Origin: Candidatus Bathyarchaeota archaeon
GTDB taxonomy: Archaea; Thermoproteota; Bathyarchaeia; Bathyarchaeales; Bathycorpusculaceae
DNA length: 41,022 nucleotides
NCBI GenBank assembly: GCA_030017755.1
Contig: JASEJA010000003.1
Span: 2,550 to 43,571, forward strand
Reading direction: 5' to 3'
Shown here: piece by piece, positions 8,887-17,578 of the stretch
How the letters are laid out: every line of letters begins with the position of its first letter
Numbering within the stretch: the first letter of the stretch is position 1
Made by a program: the position numbers and the translations under genes
The notes under the pieces: model-generated
Databases searched by the model: none
What the model was told of the DNA's origin: nothing
Seen by the model: only the letters and a program-made list of their open reading frames with translations

Positions 8887-10176
8887 TTACCGTTTCGGTT
8901 CTATTTTTGCTATGCCACCCATGTATTTTCTTAAAACTTCTGGGACAACAACCGAACCGTCTTCCTGCTGATAGTTTTCAAGAATTGCAACAATTGTTCT
9001 TCCAGTAGCGATGGCTGTAGAGTTCAAAGTATGCACAAAACCTTTTGGTGGTTCGCCTTCTTTCTCTCTGTATCTTATGTTTAGCCTTCTTGCTTGATAA
9101 TCAGTGCAGTTGCTGCATGAAATAATCTCACGATAAGCGTTTTGAGCTGGCATCCAAGCCTCTATGTCATATTTTTTGGCTGCAACAGTTCCTATGTCGC
9201 CAGTGCAACAGTTTACAACACGATAGGGTAAACCAAGCTTTTGCACAAGGTCTTCAGCGTTTTTTACGAGTTCCTCGTGGATTTTCCATGAGTCTTCTGG
9301 TTTGCAGAAAACAAACTGTTCGATTTTGTTAAATTGATGTGTCCGAAAAATTCCGCGAGTGTCCTTGCCATGAGCCCCAGTCTCCTTCCTAAAGTTTGTG
9401 CTGACCCCAACAAGCTTAAGCGGTAACTCATCCGCCAGCAAAACTTCATCCATAAACATTGCTGCCATAGGATGCTCCGAAGTTGCAATAAGGTAAAGGT
9501 CTTCATTTTCAATCTTGTATAAGACATCTTCAAAATCGCTTAGGGCTACAACGCCTTCGTAGGGTTTTCTCCGCATGAGAAAAGGCGGCTCTATTGGCTT
9601 ATAGCCTTTCTTAACCATTTCTTGCAATGCAAAATTCATTAAAGCCATATCCAACAATACGCCATCATTTTTTAAATAGAAAAATCTGGCTCCAGCGATT
9701 TTTCCAGCCCTTTCAACATCCATTATGTCAAGGCTTAAACCCAAATCTATATGGTCTTTAACGGGAAAACTAAATTTTGGGATTTTCCCCAAAAACCTTA
9801 CTGGAACATTGTCGTTTTCGTCTTTGCCGAATGGAACTGACTCGTGAAGTAGGTTTGGCAACCGCATTAAGTAACCACGAACTTTTTCTTCATATTTATT
9901 TACACGTTTTTCCAATTCTGTTATTTCCACGTCAATGTTTTTGCCCTTTGCAAGTTCCTTGCTTGCGTCTTCGCCTCTCTTTTTTAAAGCTGCAATTTCA
10001 ATTGTTATTTGTCTTCTTTCATGGCGCAACTCATTCAACTTCGTTAAGGTTTGCCGCCACTCCCTATCATACTTAATCAGATTGTCCAACATCTCCAGAA
10101 TTTCAGGGGCTCCTCTCTTCATCAAATTGTTCCTTACCAGTTCTGGGTTTTCACGAATGAGTTTAATATCCAACAT
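8887..10176 (-). CDS. serS: Seryl-tRNA synthetase
   Basis: MLDIKLIRENPELV N-terminus, coiled-coil arm, and class II motifs (FRKETGAHGKDTRGIFRTHQF, GRTIVAILENYQ). ATG at 10174-10176 is preferred over the upstream GTG at 10185. Confidence 0.9.
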   Translation of the reverse strand: MLDIKLIRENPELVRNNLMKRGAPEILEMLDNLIKYDREWRQTLTKLNELRHERRQITIEIAALKKRGEDASKELAKGKNIDVEITELEKRVNKYEEKVRGYLMRLPNLLHESVPFGKDENDNVPVRFLGKIPKFSFPVKDHIDLGLSLDIMDVERAGKIAGARFFYLKNDGVLLDMALMNFALQEMVKKGYKPIEPPFLMRRKPYEGVVALSDFEDVLYKIENEDLYLIATSEHPMAAMFMDEVLLADELPLKLVGVSTNFRKETGAHGKDTRGIFRTHQFNKIEQFVFCKPEDSWKIHEELVKNAEDLVQKLGLPYRVVNCCTGDIGTVAAKKYDIEAWMPAQNAYREIISCSNCTDYQARRLNIRYREKEGEPPKGFVHTLNSTAIATGRTIVAILENYQQEDGSVVVPEVLRKYMGGIAKIEPKR

Positions 10177-10319
10177 CTTTCGCACGCAACCTTCTAACCT
10201 TAGCTTAAATCAATATTTTTACCTTTCTCGGAAAAGAACGCTTTTGCAAAAATCTAGAGAGGGCTATCAATTTAGCAAACGAAAACATCCAAAATTTGAC
10301 TCTCCCAGAAAGTGATATG

Positions 10320-10574
10320 TTAAAGTTTCTTTGTTATTTGAATTGTTTTTTCTGCCGTTGAAGTGCAAAAGAGCAAATCGTCAATTGTAGCTATAAATGT
10401 TGGAAGCTTTCTCCTACATTTTATTCTCGTAGTAACCTTATTTTTCTCCTTAACCGTTTCGATGGATAACCCGGTCGGCGTTTTAAAATTGTCTGGCGAA
10501 ACCGCCTTGGCTATTGCCTCCGCAGTTTCCTCATCATCATATTCAAGGACTATTTTAGCTTCTAACTTTCTCAC
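10320..10574 (-). CDS. pcc1: KEOPS complex subunit Pcc1-like
   Basis: 84-aa protein with the pattern EAKIVLEYDDEETAEAIAKAVSPDN...TIDDLL typical of the Pcc1/CTAG family (from memory). GTG start lies inside the 3' end of the upstream gene. Confidence 0.6.
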   Translation of the reverse strand: MRKLEAKIVLEYDDEETAEAIAKAVSPDNFKTPTGLSIETVKEKNKVTTRIKCRRKLPTFIATIDDLLFCTSTAEKTIQITKKL

Positions 10575-12006
10575 CCCTCAACTGCTTTCCAACAAGTTCA
10601 TCAACAACTTTAATGAAGGCGTCAACATTTTCAATGGGAACTTGCGCCCCAGCAGCAATATTGTGGCCGCCTCCATTTCCTAGGCATTTTTCCGCTGCGA
10701 CTTGCATAACTTCGCCTAAATTGACTCCCTTGTTTGTCATGATGTCTATTGTTCTGGCTGAAAATTTCGCCAAACCCCCCTCTTCAACGTTAGCGTATGC
10801 AATTAATGGTTTTTCAGGGTTTGGAAGACTTGTTGCAAGTATGGAGGAAATTGCGCCCACAATTTTTTCGTTTATGAAGCTTTCGCCGTAAACCACATAA
10901 ATGTTTTCCATCTCCTTCATCCTTTCAGGTTTTTCCATCACCCATCCAAGATACTTGTTTATGGTTCTCCTATACTCTTCCAAAACCTTATTTGCCGCTT
11001 CAAGAGCAGCCCCTCGGTCACCCATGCAAATGGAAACTCCAAGACTTGGTTTTTCCATACGCCCCGTAGCATTTAACAAAACAGCAAATTCCCTTGCATC
11101 CCTAATCGGAGTCCAAGGTTCTTCACGGGTTAGGGTGTAAACATGCCCAATCAAGTTTGTAACTTCAATATGTAAACCCTTTGAAAGCAAATAATCTGCC
11201 AAAGCTGAACACAACCTTTTCTTCTCATCGTCTGAAAGGTCTCTTAAAGCCCGCCATCTTTCGCCATGCTTCGGCTTAATATCCAAACTCGCCAGAAACG
11301 CCAAACTTTTGTCTTCTTCCCCGCTTATGCCCGGAATAAAAGGATTTGTTGTAGAAGCCAATGTCTTATGAATTGGACGGGTTTCTCTACCAAAAAATAT
11401 CAAATCCCTTTCAACAGTCAAAAGCCCAGCATTTACTCCGTCTTCAACTATTTTTTCGTTAACTCCACCAAGCTTTCGCTGGTCATATTTGTCCTGCAAA
11501 TCTCCAAGGGCTCCCACAACAGCTATGGGCGCCAAATCCACATTTTCCTCATCAATCTTTTTAGCCACAAAATAAGCCACACCAGCACCGCTGATGTCGC
11601 GGGCTCCATCAATCCCATAAGAATGGGGATTCACGTGTATAATGTTTGGTTTTTCCCTTTCTCCTACGATTTGGTGATGATCCAAAACTGCAATTTTGAA
11701 GTCTGAAAGCTTATCATTCAACAGATTAATGTAGCCGCTTCCAAAATCGGATAAAATTATCATTTGAGGTTTTTCGGAGAGGATTTCGGCAAAAATTTTT
11801 TCGTCAACCCATTGGGTTATGCGAATTCGAAACTTTGCATCCAGCCTCAACAAGGCTTTTCCAATAACTCCAGCGGCGGCAACTCCATCAGCGTCTAAAT
11901 GCGAAAAAACCTGTATGAAACCATCTTCCTTCACGGTTTCTAAAATAGCTTTAGCCGCTTCTTCTGCTGATTTCAAAAACTCTGTCGTAGAGTCTTTTTC
12001 CGCCAT
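10555..12006 (-). CDS. recJ: Archaeal RecJ/Cdc45-like DHH-family ssDNA exonuclease (GAN-type)
   Basis: DHH motifs SHLDADGVAA and LDHHQ, and DHHA1 motif GGGH near the C-terminus. Adjacency to rps15 is a neighbourhood known for archaeal RecJ homologs. ATG 12004-12006 is preferred over GTG 12015. Confidence 0.8.
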   Translation of the reverse strand: MAEKDSTTEFLKSAEEAAKAILETVKEDGFIQVFSHLDADGVAAAGVIGKALLRLDAKFRIRITQWVDEKIFAEILSEKPQMIILSDFGSGYINLLNDKLSDFKIAVLDHHQIVGEREKPNIIHVNPHSYGIDGARDISGAGVAYFVAKKIDEENVDLAPIAVVGALGDLQDKYDQRKLGGVNEKIVEDGVNAGLLTVERDLIFFGRETRPIHKTLASTTNPFIPGISGEEDKSLAFLASLDIKPKHGERWRALRDLSDDEKKRLCSALADYLLSKGLHIEVTNLIGHVYTLTREEPWTPIRDAREFAVLLNATGRMEKPSLGVSICMGDRGAALEAANKVLEEYRRTINKYLGWVMEKPERMKEMENIYVVYGESFINEKIVGAISSILATSLPNPEKPLIAYANVEEGGLAKFSARTIDIMTNKGVNLGEVMQVAAEKCLGNGGGHNIAAGAQVPIENVDAFIKVVDELVGKQLRGEKVRS

Positions 12007-12079
12007 GGTAATCACTTTAGGCTAAGAAGCTAAGTTATTTAAAGATTTAAACGTATCATGCAAACGTAGGAAATGGCAA

Positions 12080-12520
12080 TTAGGTTATGGAGGCTATTTT
12101 TGGCTCATATTTCCAAGTAGGAGGCAAAACTCCTTCTCGCTTGTAATAGCGTGAGAGTTTGTGAATTTTCGCCTCTAAAATTTGAAGCGCCCTCTTATTA
12201 TGCAAATCTTTCTTGTTCCTTTCCAAGTGTGCAGCGAGATTTTCAGCCTTTTTCAGCATGTTTGCCAAATCTTCTGGCATTGCCGATGCAAGTCCCGCGT
12301 CTTTGAGAATTTTTGTTATTGTTTTGCCTGTTATAGGCTTCACTAAAGGAATTGCATATTGGTCTCTGAGGATTGTTCCTATTCGGCTTGGGGGATTTCC
12401 CTCTTTTGCCAGTTTAATCACTAATGCCTCCACTTCTTCTGGTTGATATTTGCACCAGCTTGGAGGGCGCTTGCTGACTGGTCTTATTTGATGGGATTTT
12501 CCCTTTTCTTGTTTTGGCAT
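12080..12520 (-). CDS. rps15: 30S ribosomal protein uS15 (S13e)
   Basis: MPKQEKGKSHQIRP...PSWCKY...EEVEALVIKLAKEG...HLERNKKDLHNKRAL matches archaeal S15. The internal ATG at 12518-12520 is supported by a TATA-like box ~42 nt upstream. Confidence 0.9.
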   Translation of the reverse strand: MPKQEKGKSHQIRPVSKRPPSWCKYQPEEVEALVIKLAKEGNPPSRIGTILRDQYAIPLVKPITGKTITKILKDAGLASAMPEDLANMLKKAENLAAHLERNKKDLHNKRALQILEAKIHKLSRYYKREGVLPPTWKYEPKIASIT

Positions 12521-12561
12521 TCTTATTCCCTTTAAGCGTGGTATGAGCGAGGTAAGACGAA

Positions 12562-12569
12562 TATTTAAA
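12562..12569 (-). promoter_or_regulatory. TATA-like box (TTTAAATA on the minus strand) for rps15
   Basis: The plus strand reads TATTTAAA at 12562-12569, about 42 nt upstream of the preferred rps15 ATG. Confidence 0.4.
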
Positions 12570-12587
12570 ACCTTCGATGCTCGGGTT

Positions 12588-13163
12588 TTAGGCTGACTTT
12601 TGAAAACGAACCAAAATAAACAATTCATTCATAACCTTTGAAGGTTGACTAACATCTTTAAGCTCCACCCTCGAATAAGCAGAACGTCTCATGTAGGGAT
12701 ACGGAACAGCATAAAATCCCCTAACGCCGGGGCTTAAGGGTGTTATGGAACCATAGTTGAGGATTCTGGCTATCGGACCTTGATTTAGAATTATGTCTGT
12801 TATTTCTGGATAAGCGATTTCCCTGACTGAAATTGCGATGAATTTTCTAAAAAGTATGATGCGGCGATTAGTTAAAATATAAAGGTGTCCTCGAACGTAA
12901 AAGTATCCAACCAAAGCCATCAAAGCAAAGAGACATGCAAACCCGATTATGATTAGGTAGATTAAAATCCAAAAATATGCTTCCAAAGACTGAGAGTATT
13001 GGGCAAGATATCTAACGATAGAACCAAAGCTTAGTAAAAGTGCTGTTGCAATGAAGGATAAAATGGATGTAAATATGGAAGCGTAACGCCTCTGCAACCG
13101 CATTATTATTTTCTCATCTTGAAGTAATGACACTTGAGGTGGGACAGTTTCCTCAACAGCCAT
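12588..13163 (-). CDS. Membrane protein with bacterial-type PH (bPH/DUF304, YdbS/YdbT-like) domain, paralog 2
   Basis: Two hydrophobic helices followed by YFYVRGHLYILTNRRIILFRKFIAISVREIAYPEITDIILNQGPIARILNYGSI, the bPH_2-type pattern. Paralogous to the upstream gene. Confidence 0.6.
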   Translation of the reverse strand: MAVEETVPPQVSLLQDEKIIMRLQRRYASIFTSILSFIATALLLSFGSIVRYLAQYSQSLEAYFWILIYLIIIGFACLFALMALVGYFYVRGHLYILTNRRIILFRKFIAISVREIAYPEITDIILNQGPIARILNYGSITPLSPGVRGFYAVPYPYMRRSAYSRVELKDVSQPSKVMNELFILVRFQKSA

Positions 13164-13168
13164 TAATT

Positions 13169-13726
13169 TTATTGCCCCTCTGACGCTTTAGCTTTAACCA
13201 ACTTGGCTATATTATCCCTAACTTCGTATGGATTTCGCACGCCAGAAATGGAGAATATGGCGGCGCCCATGGGCATTATCATTCCAGCAGTTATTGGAGA
13301 AACTCTTCCATAATTGCATATTCTACCAATTGGTCCTTGATTCACGATGAGGTCTGTTATCTTGTCATGAGTAACAGTTCGCAAAAGGATTCCAATGAAT
13401 TTTCTGAACATTATAATTCTTTCATTAGTGATTATGTATCGGTGTCCCTTAACGTAAATGTAGCCCAACCCATAAAGGATTGGCGGAAGGATTATGAAGA
13501 AAAACACAGCCAAAGGAAGCATAACCCACTGATTTTCTTTGGGAATAGTAAAGTTCAGAATTAATAGTGCTCCTGTAATTACCAAAAGCCCAACCGTCGC
13601 TATGGTAACGAAAGATATGTAAGTTCTCTCCAAAACCATGAGTATCTTTTCATTGGACGCTATGACTATTTCTTTTGGTATAGCTAAATGAGACCCTTCA
13701 GATGTTCCCATAGATTTCTCGGTCAT
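13169..13726 (-). CDS. Membrane protein with bacterial-type PH (bPH/DUF304) domain, paralog 1
   Basis: Same architecture: YIYVKGHRYIITNERIIMFRKFIGILLRTVTHDKITDLIVNQGPIGRICNYGRV. 5-nt gap to paralog 2. Confidence 0.6.
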   Translation of the reverse strand: MTEKSMGTSEGSHLAIPKEIVIASNEKILMVLERTYISFVTIATVGLLVITGALLILNFTIPKENQWVMLPLAVFFFIILPPILYGLGYIYVKGHRYIITNERIIMFRKFIGILLRTVTHDKITDLIVNQGPIGRICNYGRVSPITAGMIMPMGAAIFSISGVRNPYEVRDNIAKLVKAKASEGQ

Positions 13727-13773
13727 TTAAATCACCATGTTATAAACCAAAGTCAAACTCTTATCTTGTTTTA

Positions 13774-14361
13774 TTAACGTTTTCCTTTATACCATTCAGC
13801 AAACTTTCTCAAAGCGCTAGCCCTATGCGAGTATTTATTTTTCTCCTCAACCGTCATCTCAGCAAAAGTTTTTCCCCCACCATTTAAGGGTTCAAAAATC
13901 GGATCAAAACCAAAACCCGCATTTCCTCGACGTTCTTCTTTTGTTATTACGCCTACGACTTCACCCTTAAAACATAATGGCAATTTCCGTTCTGAAGCGC
14001 AATAGGCTATGACTGACTGAAACTTTGCCTTTCTGTTTTCAACATTTTCCATAAGCTTCAAAATTCCCTTATTTCCTATCGCCTTGTACACGTATGCAGC
14101 ATATGGTCCCGGAAATCCGTTTAAGGCTTCTATGAATAGTCCAGCGTCTTCTGCTATGACTGGCAAATTGGATTTTTTGAAGGCCGCACAGGCGCTTGTT
14201 ACGGCGATTTCCTCTAGGCTTTCGCTTTGGATTTCAAAAGTTTTAACTCTAATCATGCCAACGGCGATTTTGTATTCGGCTAATACTTTGCGGGCTTCAT
14301 TAAATTTGTTGATGTTGTTTGTTGCGAAGAATACGACCCTTCCCTTTAATTGAAAACTCAT
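13774..14361 (-). CDS. rdgB: Non-canonical purine NTP pyrophosphatase (HAM1/RdgB, dITP/XTP pyrophosphatase)
   Basis: FATNNINKFNEA, AEDAGL, GFPGPY, FGFDPIF and SHRASA motifs. Confidence 0.85.
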   Translation of the reverse strand: MSFQLKGRVVFFATNNINKFNEARKVLAEYKIAVGMIRVKTFEIQSESLEEIAVTSACAAFKKSNLPVIAEDAGLFIEALNGFPGPYAAYVYKAIGNKGILKLMENVENRKAKFQSVIAYCASERKLPLCFKGEVVGVITKEERRGNAGFGFDPIFEPLNGGGKTFAEMTVEEKNKYSHRASALRKFAEWYKGKR

Positions 14362-14367
14362 GTTGCT

Positions 14368-14769
14368 TCACAGCTTTTTCTTAGAACCTTTAGCTGAGAC
14401 ACTGAAGTATTTTTCCCAGTCTATCTGCGCTATTTCTAGGATGTTGCCGTCTGGGTCTGTGAAAGTTGCTTGCCTCCCACCCCAAGGTTCATCATGTAGT
14501 TCTTTCATGAACTTTACTCCCTTCCTCTGCAGCTCTCCACACACTTTTTCCACATCATCTACAAGAAACTCAACTGAAGGTGATAAGGGGCTTACTTTTT
14601 GTCCTCGTGCAAGTTTTGGAATTAATCCAATTTCCACACCACCGCATTCAAAGCCAACGTAACTCGAGTATTCGTACTTCTTTTCCAAGCCCAAAGTTTT
14701 CTCATAGAATTCTACAGCTTTTTCTAAATCTGAGACATAGAACGTGACGCACCAAACTGTCCTAATCAT
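14368..14769 (-). CDS. VOC family protein (glyoxalase/bleomycin-resistance fold)
   Basis: 133 aa, with VSDLEKAVEFYEKTLGL and DPDGNILEI motifs typical of VOC proteins. Confidence 0.7.
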   Translation of the reverse strand: MIRTVWCVTFYVSDLEKAVEFYEKTLGLEKKYEYSSYVGFECGGVEIGLIPKLARGQKVSPLSPSVEFLVDDVEKVCGELQRKGVKFMKELHDEPWGGRQATFTDPDGNILEIAQIDWEKYFSVSAKGSKKKL

Positions 14770-15431
14770 TAAAGTTCACCTTTCCTTTCAGCGACATATC
14801 TTCCTCTTTGCTCTATCTCCCTTATTTTCTCTAAAATGTTTTTTGCAGTTTCAGAACCCATAACCTTTGCATATCCACGAATTATAGCGTTAAAACATTC
14901 TTCAGCAAAGCGAAAATGAGTGCTTTGAAGAGCCCTCTTCATGAGATGCAAATCCACCCCCCTAGCTTCCAACTCTTTACTCTTTTCGCCAAGTCCAAAA
15001 TCAACAAAGAAAATTTTTCCTTCCCGCGTCAGAATCATGTTTGAAGTGGTTAAATCGCCATGAATTATCCCATTTTCATGAAGTCTGCCTATTAACTTAC
15101 CAATTTTTAAGCATAAACTTTCTCTTTCTCCTTTTGAAGTTTCGCTTAACAATTGCTTAACTTGTTTTCCTTCAATAAACTCCATTATTATAGTAGCATT
15201 TTTTATGTCAACCAAAAAAATTGTTGGCGTTGGCACTCCCGCCCTTTTCGCCTCATGCATCAATTGCGGTTCATGAATTGTTCTGTAAATTCGAATTTGT
15301 TCATCCAAAATTTTTGGGCGATATTTTTTAGCCAAACGTTTTTTCAAGACTACTTTTCTGCCATGCCAATCTGAAAGGTAAAGGCTGGCTTCCGCGCCCT
15401 TCTTCATCAAAAAGGTTTTCATTTCACCCAT
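14769..15431 (-). CDS. bud32: KEOPS subunit Bud32 (Kae1-associated atypical kinase)
   Basis: RIO/Bud32-type motifs GAEASLYL, IIHGDLTTSNMIL and FVDFGLG. Overlaps kae1 by 13 nt. Confidence 0.85.
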   Translation of the reverse strand: MGEMKTFLMKKGAEASLYLSDWHGRKVVLKKRLAKKYRPKILDEQIRIYRTIHEPQLMHEAKRAGVPTPTIFLVDIKNATIIMEFIEGKQVKQLLSETSKGERESLCLKIGKLIGRLHENGIIHGDLTTSNMILTREGKIFFVDFGLGEKSKELEARGVDLHLMKRALQSTHFRFAEECFNAIIRGYAKVMGSETAKNILEKIREIEQRGRYVAERKGEL

Positions 15432-16441
15432 GGAACCTCAACTTCATCCAGACGCCACTTTAACTTCACAAAACTTTTCTCAATAGGCGTAACTAAACCA
15501 CTTTTGTAGGCTAATACCCCAGTCCACGCAATCATGGCCCCATTATCAACAGCGAATTCGCTTGGCACCACACAGAATTTTGCATTATGTTCTTCTGCTA
15601 TAGCCTCAACCATAGACTGTAACCTTTTGTTTGCGGCCACACCACCCGTTAATAGAACCTCTTTTTTCTCCGTGTGGGCTAAGGCTCTTTCAGTAACTTC
15701 GGTAACCATGGAAAAGGCTGTCTCTTGAAGGCTATAACATAAATCCTCAAGCTTATGCTCACCTTTTTTAAGCAGATTGACCGCTGCTGTTAGTAAGCCG
15801 CTAAAGGAAGTATCCATACCTTTAACAGTATATGGCAACGGAATCAGTTTCTTTCCTTTTCTTGCAAGTTTTTCCACCATGGCGCCAAAAGGCATGCCAT
15901 GGCTTTGGCGAAGCCCAGCTTCTATAGCAAAAGAATCCAAACAGTTTCCAAGAGCTATATCCAATGTTTCGCCAAAAACCCTATAGCGCCCTAAATCAAA
16001 TGCTGAGACAATGGTGTTTCCACCCGAAACATAAAGCGTAACAGGGTCCTTAACACGCTTTGTTAATTTTCCAATTTCAATATGTGCTATACAATGGTTA
16101 ACTCCCACAAGGGGAAGGTTAAGATAAGAGGCTAATGCACGGGCTACGGTTGCACCTGTGCGGAGGCAAGGCCCCAAACCTGGTCCCTGAGAGAATGCTA
16201 TAACTAATAAATCCCTTGGTTTTAATCCAGATTTTCGGAAAGCTTCTTCGAGGACTTGGCTTGCAACTTCAGCATGGTGTCTTGCTGCTTCTCTTGGGTG
16301 GATTCCGCCTTTTTCGGGTATGTAAGCGCTTATTATGTTAGCTAGAATTTCGCCTTTAAATGTTGATATTCCAATGCTGAAGTCATCTGCTGTTGACTCT
16401 ATTCCTAGGCAATAATATTCGCCAGTCTTTTTATTCTTCAT
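15419..16441 (-). CDS. kae1: tRNA N6-adenosine threonylcarbamoyltransferase Kae1
   Basis: LGIESTADDFSIGI, GGIHPREAARHHAE and VSGGNT motifs of Kae1/TsaD. Followed directly by bud32. Confidence 0.9.
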   Translation of the reverse strand: MKNKKTGEYYCLGIESTADDFSIGISTFKGEILANIISAYIPEKGGIHPREAARHHAEVASQVLEEAFRKSGLKPRDLLVIAFSQGPGLGPCLRTGATVARALASYLNLPLVGVNHCIAHIEIGKLTKRVKDPVTLYVSGGNTIVSAFDLGRYRVFGETLDIALGNCLDSFAIEAGLRQSHGMPFGAMVEKLARKGKKLIPLPYTVKGMDTSFSGLLTAAVNLLKKGEHKLEDLCYSLQETAFSMVTEVTERALAHTEKKEVLLTGGVAANKRLQSMVEAIAEEHNAKFCVVPSEFAVDNGAMIAWTGVLAYKSGLVTPIEKSFVKLKWRLDEVEVPWVK

Positions 16442-16467
16442 TTACTTTAATCCTTCATCATGGTTTC

Positions 16468-16475
16468 TTATAAAT
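16468..16475 (-). promoter_or_regulatory. TATA-like box (ATTTATAA on the minus strand) ~30 nt upstream of the kae1 ATG
   Basis: Read directly in the 85-nt divergent intergenic region. The spacing implies a leaderless or near-leaderless transcript. Confidence 0.35.
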
Positions 16476-16490
16476 TGGAACATACATCTT

Positions 16491-16500
16491 TTTATTTAAA
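16491..16500 (+). promoter_or_regulatory. TATA-like box (TTTATTTAAA) for the plus-strand TFE-beta-like/rlmE gene string
   Basis: Read directly, 27-45 nt upstream of the candidate starts at 16527 (TTG), 16536 and 16542 (ATG). Confidence 0.35.
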
Positions 16501-16526
16501 ATTGCATATATTATTAATGTTAAAAG

Positions 16527-16919
16527 TTGGAACTGATGAAAATGCCGAAACGCAATGATTTAGAACAGAAAGCCCTACAATACATAATGAATACGGGATT
16601 TGAAGGGGTGCTCCAGTCAGAACTATGGCGAAAACTCGGGGCAAGCAGCAGAGAAGGTTCAAGGATAGCCCTAAAACTAGAAGAGAAAAATCTTATCCGC
16701 CGAGAACGGGAACTTCGTGATGGAAGGTGGACTTATAGGCTTTATCCGAAAAGGATTCCATCATCAATAGACTCAATAGCGGATGTTCCATGCCTAAAAT
16801 GTTCGGATAACACTCGGTGTGACTCATCAAGCGCAATTTCGCCCCAAAACTGTGAGAAACTCACGGAGTGGCTTCTCTCCACAGCTAAAAACGAGTCTGG
16901 CATACTGGGTGACAGTTAG
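16527..16919 (+). CDS. tfeB: Winged-helix protein with C-terminal 4-Cys motif; candidate transcription factor E beta (TFE-beta / RPC34-RPC39-like)
   Basis: wHTH-like core GVLQSELWRKLGASSREGSRIALKLEEKNLIRRE, then CLKC-x5-C-x10-C. From memory, this C-x2-C-x5-C-x10-C spacing matches the [4Fe-4S] ligands of RPC6/TFE-beta. The true start may be ATG 16536 or 16542. Confidence 0.5.
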   Translation: MELMKMPKRNDLEQKALQYIMNTGFEGVLQSELWRKLGASSREGSRIALKLEEKNLIRRERELRDGRWTYRLYPKRIPSSIDSIADVPCLKCSDNTRCDSSSAISPQNCEKLTEWLLSTAKNESGILGDS

Positions 16920-16921
16920 TT

Positions 16922-17536
16922 TTGCCAAAAGCTTGGATTCAAGAAAGAAAGAGAGACTATTATTATAAGAAGGCTAAAGAGGAAAAATACCGCTCCCGAG
17001 CAGCCTACAAACTCTTCGAAGCCGTCCAAAAATATCATTTCATAAAGCACGGAAACGTTGTCGTTGATTTGGGCGCTGCACCAGGCGGTTGGATTCAAGC
17101 TGCAAGAAAAATTGTTGGAGGAAAAGGATTTGTTTTAGGAGTTGACATCAAACCCATCGAACCTTTTCCGCAAAGCAATGTTCGGACAATAACAGCTGAC
17201 ATAACTGAGCAAGAAACCATAAAGCAGATTCTACAGATGCTTCCAAGAAAAGCTGACGCTGTAATATCTGATGCTTCGCCAAACATTTCTGGAATATGGG
17301 AAATAGACCACGCCCGCCAAATAGACTTGGCACAACACGCATTAAAAATTGCCTTAGAAACTCTTAGGTTTCCAGGAAATTTCTACGTAAAAGTCTTTCA
17401 AGGAGACCTGCTCAATGATTTCGTTCAGAAGATGAAGAAACATTTTGAAATTGTACGGATAGTTAAGCCTAAGGCGAGTAGAGCTAAAAGTTCTGAAATA
17501 TTCCTTTTAGGAATGCGCTTAAGAATGGAAGATTAG
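16922..17536 (+). CDS. rlmE: 23S rRNA (uridine-2'-O)-methyltransferase RlmE/FtsJ
   Basis: KRDYYYKKAKEEKYRSRAAYKL and VVDLGAAPGGW (SAM motif), plus the KPKASRAKSSE pattern. TTG start 2 nt after the upstream stop. Confidence 0.85.
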   Translation: MPKAWIQERKRDYYYKKAKEEKYRSRAAYKLFEAVQKYHFIKHGNVVVDLGAAPGGWIQAARKIVGGKGFVLGVDIKPIEPFPQSNVRTITADITEQETIKQILQMLPRKADAVISDASPNISGIWEIDHARQIDLAQHALKIALETLRFPGNFYVKVFQGDLLNDFVQKMKKHFEIVRIVKPKASRAKSSEIFLLGMRLRMED

Positions 17537-17578
17537 ACGGCGAATATAAATTCTCTTGCTTCCTTCCTAATAGGCAAG

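Noticed and set aside
12521-12628. 36-codon N-terminal extension of the rps15 ORF
   Set aside because: The extension overlaps the 3' end of the upstream bPH gene and contains the TATA-like box. The S15 family N-terminus begins at the internal MPKQ...
10320-16441. KEOPS genes (pcc1; kae1-bud32) and the rps15-recJ linkage as something novel
   Set aside because: Separate but overlapping kae1/bud32, and RecJ/Cdc45-like genes next to rps15, are established archaeal neighbourhoods. They are useful for annotation but are not new.
16451-16465. C-box-like ATGATGA on the minus strand upstream of kae1 (possible C/D box sRNA)
   Set aside because: No matching D box or guide arrangement lies outside the kae1 coding sequence. 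The motif sits in the promoter/5' region and is most simply coincidental.
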